DNA of 10,447 nt from Chlamydiales bacterium (GTDB lineage: Bacteria > Chlamydiota > Chlamydiia > Chlamydiales > JBDQID01), in contig JBLFWS010000118.1 of assembly GCA_047611865.1 (NCBI GenBank), positions 1-10,447 of the forward strand, written 5' to 3'. How positions within the stretch are numbered: the stretch's first letter is position 1; each line of letters starts with the position of its first letter. The position numbers were made by a program, and so were the translations under genes. Positions 1 to 8,642 of this stretch are shown piece after piece. The notes below the pieces were generated by a model that ran no database searches, was not told the origin of the DNA, and was given only the letters and a program-made list of their open reading frames with translations.

Positions 1-273
1 TGAGATCGAATTGAACGGCCTAATACTTTGGGATCAGCTGCTAAACTGCTAATGTAATAACGATTCTCTGAAGATGTTTTACCATCGACGGTTCTTTCGC
101 TTTGGATACAGATGATACTTTTAAATTATTTCCAGTCTTTACGACCTTCAATGAAGTCGATGTTTTCTGTCGCGAAAACATGACGACTTTCTAATCGTCC
201 ATGGCCCTCGTTGGACTCTTCAATGCTTTGGTAGTCAATATTCTTCGTTCCGTGTTCTAGAGCTTGTTCAAAG
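1..273 (-). pseudogene. ISAs1-family (H-repeat) transposase, distal fragment; runs off the window edge
   Basis: Manual minus-strand translation FEQALEHGTKNIDYQSIEESNEGHGRLESRHVFATENIDFIEGRKDWK*FKSIICIQSERTVDGKTSSENRYYISSLAADPKVLGRSIRS contains the ISAs1 motifs GHGRxExR and RYYISSL. In-frame TAA at 128-126. Confidence 0.88.
266..273. repeat. 8-bp target-site duplication GTTCAAAG (left copy; right copy 1793-1800)
   Basis: Identical GTTCAAAG immediately outside both TIRs. 8 bp is the typical IS66 TSD length. Confidence 0.95.
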
Positions 274-1792
274 GTAACTATTCAGGTGGGCAGTAATCTA
301 GGGCGGCCTTGAATAGCCTCTGCAAGAACTTTCCAGATTTTCCATCCCTGCTTACGAGCTGTAGAAATGTAGCTGCGTATACGACAAAACACCTCTCCTC
401 CCTTCAGCTTCCGAAAACAACCAGAGATTTTTTGCTTCAGTTTCACCATTCGGATGTCTTGCTCTCCCTGATTATTTGTGAAAGGGACGGAAAAGTCACT
501 GATAAATCGCAACACGGATTCATGGTGATCTGCAAGACGATCCAAGAGATTCTTTCCCGGACGTCGCTTTCGTTTCCCTTTCTTGCTCTGCGGTAGAGGC
601 GGTAATTTGGTGTGATAAATGAGCCCTTTGAGAACTATTCCTCCATATTCTTCAATAAGAGCCTCTCTTTGGCTTTCCGAGAGACAAGCATCATCAATAT
701 GCTCCTCCACTTCCTTTTTCGCCTTGAGAAGAAAACCCTTCATCTCCTTTGCCCAATCTTCTTTCTCATGCTCATAGATAAAAGTGAGCTCTCGTAAGTG
801 ATGAGCATTACATAGCCCGTGTTGGATATGCTTATAGGTAAAGTAAGGAAACCAGTGATCGTGAATCGCCGTCCCCTGAAATTCGGAGAGAATGTCAAAT
901 GCGTTAATGGCCTCTTTGCCACGCTTAGTATGGATCCCAAAGAAGGTCGCGACTTCTGATGAAGCTACATGTATCCAGTGAAGTTTCTTCTCGCAACGCA
1001 TGCCTGTCTCATCGAAGTGTAAGACCTGTGAGGCAACAAGGTGCGCTTTGAGGTTAACCTCGAATACCTCAAGCTTCTCGAAAAGTCTACGATCAATATT
1101 CACACACGTTCCTGGAGAAATCGCGATTCCAAAGATATCGTTAAGCATCTGGGAAAGTCTATCAAAGGGGAGAAAGTGTTGATGAGAAAAGTAAGCTGCC
1201 AAGGCCTGTATCCGATCTCCATATTGAGTGTAGGCTGTAACATTTCCCGGGAATGAGCCTTTCGAAATGTCCCCACAGCAAGGACATCTCTTTGCCTCAA
1301 TCTGATGCTCTGTCACCTCAATCTTAGGTTCTGGCAAGTCAAAAACCTGACGTCGCTCAACGGGGGCTCCTTCTACCTCACCAAGAGCTACAAGAATCTG
1401 GGATGTACGTTACAATGTGGTCCGGCTCTTGAACTTGTTCAAGCGTTCTTCCCATATGACCATTTTGAGCTCCAGGTTTTTTCCTGATTTTCCTCTTTGG
1501 CTTTGTGTTTTTAAAGGTTTTTTGAGGCCATCACTGCTCGGAGGCTTGCCACTATTTTGAACTATTTTTAGCAACTTGAGCCTCGAGTTCACGTACACGG
1601 TTCATGAGTTGAAGAATCAGTTCTCGAGCCCAACTTGGTAGTGAATTGAGATCATTTTGACTGTTATCAGAGCTGTTGGCATTTTCATTGGATGTCATGC
1701 AGGAAAGTATATCAAATTTTCACTATCCACGAAAATCAAAATTTCGATTCTCTTTGTCACAGCTCCCTTTTCCTAGGGACCTGAATAGTTAC
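274..1792 (-). mobile_element. IS66-family insertion sequence, single-ORF ISBst12-like group, 1,519 bp
   Basis: Perfect 14-bp TIRs GTAACTATTCAGGT (274-287) / ACCTGAATAGTTAC (1779-1792) with GTAA termini; 8-bp TSD; one TnpC-like ORF and no room for tnpA/tnpB. Confidence 0.93.
282..1698 (-). pseudogene. tnpC: IS66 TnpC-like DDE transposase, frameshifted in its 5' part (282-1337 still open)
   Basis: ATG at 1698 gives MTSNEN...RVRELEAQVAKNS. Then an extra base at ~1560 (QNSGKPPSSDG), a missing A at ~1480 (KPGAQNGHMGRTL), and a lesion at ~1381 before EVEGAPVERRQVFDLPEP. Downstream are the CPCCG Zn ribbon and DDE motifs HFDETG / IHDHW / NNQGEQDIR. The TGA stop lies inside the TIR. Confidence 0.88.
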
Positions 1793-1922
1793 GTTCAAAG
1801 TAGTTGATTACCTCATCATGCAAAGTTGAGTGATTTCCCTTCAATGCCAGGATATAATCGCCTCCCTTTTCAACGACCTTTTCTGCTATGTCCTTTTGAG
1901 TACCCATGGCATCGATTGTAAC
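1793..1922 (-). pseudogene. ISAs1-family transposase, proximal fragment (5' part missing)
   Basis: Minus strand reads VTIDAMGTQKDIAEKVVEKGGDYILALKGNHSTLHDEVINYFE, a hallmark ISAs1 motif. It joins 1-273 in frame (NYFEQAL) once the IS66 and one TSD copy are removed. No ISAs1-like sequence is recognisable beyond ~1925. Confidence 0.88.
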
Positions 1923-2048
1923 GAATTTCTTTATTATCTACTTAAAAATTTTATCATCCCACTAACATCTTCTCTTTACGCTCGTTTTCCCAAGCTAAAA
2001 GAAAAAGGAGTACGACGATGCTCAGCGGAAACATAAAATAAATACCCT

Positions 2049-2194
2049 TAGGTCGTGTATTAAAATTACGAAACGCTGCTTTGAGATCGGTCATAACTCA
2101 CCTACCTGTCTAAGTATGGAGAGTTATGACCAATCCCAAATCAAAACAAAATGCTCTCAAAATCAGACATTCCCTAATTTTAATACACGATCTA
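2049..2194. mobile_element. MITE-like palindromic element, 146 bp
   Basis: Terminal IR TAGGTCGTGTATTAAAATTA (2049-2068) / TAATTTTAATACACGATCTA (2175-2194), 19/20 match, beginning and ending in TA. Internal 20-bp IR at 2080-2099 / 2121-2140 (18/20). No ORF. Confidence 0.7.
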
Positions 2195-2212
2195 CACCTA
2201 TAATAATTTTGA

Positions 2213-2242
2213 TTGACTCATTTTTTTTACAAATTATATAAT
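2213..2242 (+). promoter_or_regulatory. Candidate sigma70-type promoter for katG
   Basis: TTGACT (2213-2218)-N18-TATAAT (2237-2242); AAGGAG Shine-Dalgarno just upstream of the ATG at 2404. Confidence 0.5.
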
Positions 2243-2385
2243 TCCCATGAGATTGTCATACTAACATTTACTCAAAGATCCTAACTTAAGCTTAACATCT
2301 ATACGCTTGGCTGTTCTGGAAACTTTGCATACACACCTTCACTCAAAGGCAGGGCATATTTTCAAACTTGTCAAAAAAACTATAA

Positions 2386-4554
<2,169 letters not shown>

Positions 4555-4560
4555 TATAAC

Positions 4561-4589
4561 CCCCCGTCCTTTAGGGCGGGGGATATTTT
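4561..4589 (+). terminator. GC-rich hairpin after katG, probable intrinsic terminator
   Basis: CCCCCGTCC-TTTA-GGGCGGGGG (4561-4582) 6 nt after the stop, followed by ATATTTT. Confidence 0.6.
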
Positions 4590-4650
4590 GGATAAGAGTT
4601 TCGATCCCCTCCCAAAGAAACAACTGGGAAAAGCTGCCTTGCCTCAGATT

Positions 4651-4704
4651 TTCAGAACTTTTAACTGGAATAGCCTTGCTGAGAACACAAATTTAAATGG
4701 ATAA
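4651..4704 (+). repeat. Cassette-boundary repeat, copy A (reads FRTFNWNSLAENTNLNG*)
   Basis: 4651-4696 matches 6239-6284 at 39/46 nt without gaps, with mostly synonymous or conservative codon changes. Confidence 0.85.
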
Positions 4705-4709
4705 AAATT

Positions 4710-5216
4710 ATGTTTGAAAAAACTTTGTTATTTTCATTCTTATCAATGATTCTTATATGTTCTGGCTGTTCCCTCAAAACTGAAAACCCAGAAATATTTC
4801 AAAGATTCTCTCCATGTCCCAACAGCCCTAAGTGCGTTAGCAGTGTGAGTTCCAAAAGTGACCATTTCATTGATCCCATAACTTACACAGGCACAGCAAA
4901 TCCCATGGAAAGACTTTCTGAAATTATGAAAGAAATGCCAAGGGTTAAAACTATAACAGAAGAAGAAGATTACCTACATTATGAGGTCCGATCTATATTT
5001 TTTCGCTTCGTCGATGATGTTGAGTTCTCTCATGATAAAAAAGCTGGACTCATACACATAAAATCAGGTGCTGGAATAGGATATTATGATTTTGGCGTAA
5101 ACCGAAGAAGACTAGAAAAAGCCCGAAAAGAGTTTAACAATAGACTTACAAACGACATGCATAATGCCAAATCTTTAATTAATTCCTCACTCATTGAATC
5201 TGGGAAGGACGCTTAA
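4710..5216 (+). CDS. DUF1499-family putative lipoprotein, 168 aa
   Basis: Hydrophobic signal ending in LICSGC; motifs PCPNSPKCVSS, FRFVDDVEF and GYYDFGVNRRR are typical of DUF1499. Confidence 0.85.
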   Translation: MFEKTLLFSFLSMILICSGCSLKTENPEIFQRFSPCPNSPKCVSSVSSKSDHFIDPITYTGTANPMERLSEIMKEMPRVKTITEEEDYLHYEVRSIFFRFVDDVEFSHDKKAGLIHIKSGAGIGYYDFGVNRRRLEKARKEFNNRLTNDMHNAKSLINSSLIESGKDA

Positions 5217-5219
5217 GCT

Positions 5220-5756
5220 CTATTTCACCTTGTTATAAGCCTCAAGAAATTGTTGAAACTTTTCTAAGTGGCCTTCTTTTTTTGACCACTTTTGCAATTC
5301 ATCAAAATTCACCTCGGCAACTTCCAAGCAAATATCAATCGCTTGCTCCAAACCCTGCCTATCTCCCCAATGATAAAAACTGGCAAGACGGTCTTTAACA
5401 CTATCCACAGGACGAAGCATTTTCACAGTACCCATAGCGGTCTTAACATTGGAAAACTTATGAATGGCCTCATCACCCACAGCAACTGGTGGAGAGACAA
5501 ATTCCACAATCCATGGACAGTCTTTATGGCGAAAGTATTTTGAGACTTCTTCAAATTCACACTTTTTTAATACCTTTTTAACCTTTCGAAGATCCTCATA
5601 AGTGACAAAGTCAAGGTCATGAGATTGATACCGATTCTTTGAGTAAATCGTTACGCACGCACCTCCTACTAGAATGATCTCAATTCCCTCTTTCTGTAAT
5701 TCTTCTGACAAATGTCCTGCTAAATCTTCTAAGCTAATATTCTTCCAGTCAGGCAT
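5220..5756 (-). CDS. Putative nucleotidyltransferase (pol-beta superfamily, AbiEii/MNT-like), candidate toxin, 178 aa
   Basis: IILVGGACVTIYS...SHDLDFV gives the GG...DxD NTase signature. The start overlaps the upstream gene's stop (TAATG at 5758-5754). Confidence 0.75.
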   Translation of the reverse strand: MPDWKNISLEDLAGHLSEELQKEGIEIILVGGACVTIYSKNRYQSHDLDFVTYEDLRKVKKVLKKCEFEEVSKYFRHKDCPWIVEFVSPPVAVGDEAIHKFSNVKTAMGTVKMLRPVDSVKDRLASFYHWGDRQGLEQAIDICLEVAEVNFDELQKWSKKEGHLEKFQQFLEAYNKVK

Positions 5757-6091
5757 TATAGAGGCTTTCCTTTTCGTCGAGGGCGTTTTCGATCCGAAAT
5801 TTCATAATACTTTAAACGAAATTCTTCTGGCAAAAATGAATAGGCTTTTTCAAGAAATGCCTTAAGCTCTTTAAGCATTGAATAGCGTGGATTAAACTGG
5901 TAAAGCCTCGTTTTCCCTTGCATTTGACTAACAATAACTCCTCCCTTCTCGAGTCTTTCCAATGCCTTTTGAAAACCAAATAAGGACATTTTGAATACAC
6001 GGCTAAGCTCAGAAGCGTATGTTTTCTCATTCTTTAATAGATAGAATAAGACCTTCTCAATAACAGGATTTCCAAATAAACCCTCAAGCAT
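5756..6091 (-). CDS. Winged-helix (ArsR-like) DNA-binding protein, candidate antitoxin/autoregulator, 111 aa
   Basis: YASELSRVFKMSLFGFQKALERLEKGGVIVSQMQGKTRLYQFNP is an HTH plus wing; basic C-terminus; translationally coupled to the NTase gene. Confidence 0.8.
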   Translation of the reverse strand: MLEGLFGNPVIEKVLFYLLKNEKTYASELSRVFKMSLFGFQKALERLEKGGVIVSQMQGKTRLYQFNPRYSMLKELKAFLEKAYSFLPEEFRLKYYEISDRKRPRRKGKPL

Positions 6092-6092
6092 A

Positions 6093-6141
6093 ATCCACCA
6101 TCTTTTTTGGTTATACTACCAAGATTGTTGGTGGATGTCAA
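6093..6141 (-). promoter_or_regulatory. Promoter and inverted-repeat operator of the wHTH-NTase operon
   Basis: Minus strand TTGACA (6141-6136)-N17-TAGTAT (6118-6113). IR ATCCACCA (6093-6100) / TGGTGGAT (6129-6136) overlaps the RBS and the promoter spacer. Confidence 0.7.
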
Positions 6142-6217
6142 GGCGAAGCAAATAAATCTAGTGTTTCAGATATATAAACCGTTATAAATAAGAATAATAC
6201 ATGTAAGAATGGAAAAG

Positions 6218-6307
6218 AAATGGGGGCGGTTGGACGAATTCAGAACTTTTGACTGGAGTAGCATTGCTGAAAACACGAGGTTAATCAGTTCTATTTTAGC
6301 AGCGTAA
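6218..6307 (+). repeat. att-like core plus coding tail, copy B (KWGRLDEFRTFDWSSIAENTRLISSILAA*)
   Basis: AAATGGGGGCGGTTGGAC (6218-6235) matches 7098-7115 at 17/18. 6239-6284 matches 4651-4696. The frame is open to TAA 6305-6307, 2 bp from the convergent toxin stop. Confidence 0.8.
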
Positions 6308-6309
6308 TT

Positions 6310-6657
6310 TTACGGGTGGGCTGAAATTGAAATAATTGTAATTTCCTTCTTTTCTGGGCCGTAACACCAAAATACTCTGTAAGCAGCTGGAGTCTTATTC
6401 TGAGCATATGCTTCAAATACTTTTTGAGAAGAATCCCATGGATGCTCAAGCGAGGAATAAGGGTGAGTTTCTAAACCAGGATGTCTTGGATTTTCTCGCA
6501 GGTGTTTTAATGTTTTTCTCACCTGCTTGAAGAGCCCTTCCTGCCTTGAGCTTTTATTTTTTTGCTTTTTCTTTCTTTGAGCTTCTATCGTATTTGCTTG
6601 CTGTTCGAGTTCCAAATAAATCTCTTCAGCTTCATCAGTCCATTCTAGGTCAAACAT
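6310..6657 (-). CDS. RelE/ParE-superfamily-like putative toxin, 115 aa
   Basis: N-terminal FDLEWTDEAEE, LRENPRHPGLETH, and C-terminal YRVFWCYGPEKKEITIISISAHP fit the RelE-fold layout. Lies 15 bp downstream of an AbrB-like gene. Confidence 0.7.
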   Translation of the reverse strand: MFDLEWTDEAEEIYLELEQQANTIEAQRKKKQKNKSSRQEGLFKQVRKTLKHLRENPRHPGLETHPYSSLEHPWDSSQKVFEAYAQNKTPAAYRVFWCYGPEKKEITIISISAHP

Positions 6658-6672
6658 TCAGCCCCTTGTTTT

Positions 6673-6939
6673 TTACTCGTCGTCGTTGCCATTGTCATCC
6701 AAATTAATTACATTTTTCTTTAGACGGCCCTGCTTAGCTTGCTCCAGCCCTTTTAGAACTGACTCTTTAGCCTTCTTGTTTTTGTGAAGCCAAACTTCTC
6801 GTTCTGGTATTATGACTGCTTTTTCCAGAATAAATCGGCCTTCCATTTCTTCAGTTATGATATAACGCTCACCAGCATGTCGAGCACCTAAAGAGACCCT
6901 TCCTTTAGAGTCAACTGTGACATCGCCTAATGCTTTCAT
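6673..6939 (-). CDS. AbrB/MazE/MraZ-like (swapped-hairpin) putative antitoxin, 88 aa
   Basis: VTVDSKGRVSLG...GRFILEK AbrB-type motif; acidic C-terminus (LDDNGNDDE); AAGGAG SD at 6952-6947. Confidence 0.75.
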   Translation of the reverse strand: MKALGDVTVDSKGRVSLGARHAGERYIITEEMEGRFILEKAVIIPEREVWLHKNKKAKESVLKGLEQAKQGRLKKNVINLDDNGNDDE

Positions 6940-6968
6940 AAAAGCACTCCTTTTTTAAAGTTAACTCT

Positions 6969-7014
6969 ATTATAGCACAAGTGGGCAGGTAAGTCAAGTG
7001 GGGCAATCCCACTT
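6969..7014 (-). promoter_or_regulatory. Strong promoter with repeated operator half-sites for the AbrB-RelE operon
   Basis: Minus strand TTGACT (6997-6992)-N17-TATAAT (6974-6969) with extended TGn. AAGTGGG at 6979-6985 and 6996-7002; inverted CCCACTT at 7008-7014. Confidence 0.8.
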
Positions 7015-7100
7015 AAAAAGCAACAGAAAGCTATTTCAGAACGATTAAGTCACTCTTTTTAAAGACAGTATAAAGAAAGATAGGATGATACAAGAGAAAA

Positions 7101-7126
7101 TGGGGCCGGTTGGACTCGAACCAGCG
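7101..7126 (-). other. tRNA 3'-end fragment (T-arm + acceptor strand), att-like site; not an intact tRNA
   Basis: Minus strand CGCTGG-TTCGAGT-CCAAC-CGGCCCC-A: canonical T-loop, one T-stem mismatch, 7-nt acceptor strand plus discriminator. No anticodon or D arm beyond 7126. Confidence 0.75.
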
Positions 7127-7464
7127 CAGACAGATGAAAAAGAAACTGGATTCAGCCTATCGCCTTCTAAACCAAGCAGCGGAAATGCTAAGTTTTAAAA
7201 TCCAAACTCTGTGTATACGGACTTCTGTCTACAAATCCGCTTCAAAACCACAACTCTCAAAAACAAACAATAATCTACAGTTGACATTCCCCTCAAAAGA
7301 GACTAAATATTTTCTTATCAGAGCTAGATGATGTAAGGCACACCTCTCTGAAGGAGATGTGTCTATTTTGGCTACTCAACAAAGACATTACTGGGAAAGA
7401 AAGGTCAATCGTAAAAATCAAGGGTTGAAATATTTAACAACGAATTCGCCTAGAAAGGGGAAAT

Positions 7465-8622
7465 ATGCTTATCGGAGTCCCAAAGGAAAGATTAGAAGGA
7501 GAGCGTCGTGTCGCCATAACTCCAAAAATCTTGTCCAGGCTAAATAAACACAAGTTTCAGGTTCTTATCGAAAAAGGAGCTGGTGATGCCGCTGGATTTT
7601 CTGATGCGGAATACCAGGAACATGATGGTGTAAGTATCTCAAGCCGGTCTGAACTCTTTAGTAAAGCTGATATCATTACTTGTGTCCGTTGGGGATATGA
7701 CGAAGATGATATCAAGCTACTCCGTAAAGAACAAATTCTTATAGGAATGCTAAATCCACATAGCTCTGCAGAAGATATTATGTCTTTAGCAAATCTAGGA
7801 ATTTCTGCATTTTCCCTGGAGTTGATGCCGCGCATAAGCCGATCACAGAATATGGATGCTTTGAGCTCTCAAGCAACCGTTGCAGGATATAAAGCTGCAT
7901 TGTTAGGGGCCGATCAACTGCCGAAGATGTATCCCATGATGGTAACTCCTGCCGGGACAATAACCCCTGCTCACGTTCTAGTAATTGGTGCAGGTGTTGC
8001 AGGTCTCCAAGCAGTAGCTACGTCATTACGTCTTGGAGCTGTCGTTCATGCATATGACATTCGGCCAGAAGTTAAAGAGCAGGTCGAAAGTTTAGGGGCA
8101 AAATTCTTGGAAGAAACCCTTATAGCAGAAGAAAACACAAGCGATAATGGATATGCCCGAGAGATGGGAAAAGAATTTAACATCCGACAGCAAAAGCTTT
8201 TAACAAATGCACTTACTCATACTGATGTCGTTATCACTACAGCTGAAATCCCGGGAAAAAAGGCTCCTGTCTTAATCACAGAAGAAATGCTTAAAAGTAT
8301 GAAAGCTCAATCGATTATCATCGATCTCGCAGCTGAGAGTGGTGGAAATTGTGAGGTTACAAAAGCGGGGAAAACGCTAAATGTTCATGGAATAAAAGTC
8401 TTTGGAGTAAAAAATATAGCTTCTTCAATGGGCCACCATGCCAGCGATATGTATGCTCATAATATTGCGGCTTTTCTTTTGCATTCCATTAAAGATGGAA
8501 AATTTCAATGGAACTTCGATGACGTTATAATTAACGATACGCTCCTCACATATCAAGGAGATATCTATAACGAGCGCGTCAAACACTGGCTAGGCCTTTC
8601 AGAACAAACACAAAAAACTTAA
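7465..8622 (+). CDS. pntAA: NAD(P) transhydrogenase subunit alpha part 1 (soluble NAD(H)-binding domain I), 385 aa
   Basis: IGVPKE...ERRVAITP; RISRSQNMDALSSQA (RQD loop); GAGVAGLQA Rossmann motif; GYAREM mobile loop; DLAAESGGNCE. Confidence 0.95.
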   Translation: MLIGVPKERLEGERRVAITPKILSRLNKHKFQVLIEKGAGDAAGFSDAEYQEHDGVSISSRSELFSKADIITCVRWGYDEDDIKLLRKEQILIGMLNPHSSAEDIMSLANLGISAFSLELMPRISRSQNMDALSSQATVAGYKAALLGADQLPKMYPMMVTPAGTITPAHVLVIGAGVAGLQAVATSLRLGAVVHAYDIRPEVKEQVESLGAKFLEETLIAEENTSDNGYAREMGKEFNIRQQKLLTNALTHTDVVITTAEIPGKKAPVLITEEMLKSMKAQSIIIDLAAESGGNCEVTKAGKTLNVHGIKVFGVKNIASSMGHHASDMYAHNIAAFLLHSIKDGKFQWNFDDVIINDTLLTYQGDIYNERVKHWLGLSEQTQKT

Positions 8623-8642
8623 TAAAAGAGAGGACCCAGACT

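Noticed and set aside
309..1487. Several short ORFs overlapping the IS66 transposase (309-596, 612-797, 740-940, 1000-1182, 1041-1256, 1100-1300, 1305-1487)
   Set aside because: Antisense or alternate-frame shadows of tnpC with no recognisable motifs.
1410..1598. 62-aa minus-strand ORF as a separate IS66 accessory gene (tnpA/tnpB)
   Set aside because: It is the out-of-frame middle piece of the frameshifted transposase (NSGKPPSSDG motif).
1830..2036. 68-aa plus-strand ORF
   Set aside because: Its first half is antisense to the ISAs1 fragment and it has no family motif. The nearby AAGGAG-ATG at 2018 opens only 7 codons.
5292..6030. ORFs 5292-5543, 5674-5865 and 5812-6030
   Set aside because: They overlap the better-supported NTase and wHTH genes.
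4651..7126. CRISPR array or classical integron attC sites as the explanation for the repeats
   Set aside because: The repeats are ~0.9-1.6 kb apart and separated by genes. I found no RYYYAAC...GTTRRRY palindromic attC structure, and no cas or intI gene is in the window.
7101..7180. Intact tRNA gene
   Set aside because: Only the T-arm and 3' acceptor strand are present; no anticodon arm, D arm or 5' acceptor strand can be folded.
7281..7310. TTGACA-N17-TAAATA as the pnt promoter
   Set aside because: Perfect -35 but poor -10; not enough support to call.
7110..7331. 73-aa ORF as an independent gene
   Set aside because: The TTG start lies within the tRNA-like fragment, with no clear SD and no recognisable domain. 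Noted only as the in-frame continuation of the att core.
7423..7440. Rex-like box GGTTGAAATATTTAACAA upstream of pntAA
   Set aside because: Only 10/14 match to TTGTGAA-N4-TTCACAA with a poor left half, in AT-rich DNA, and no evidence of Rex in the window.
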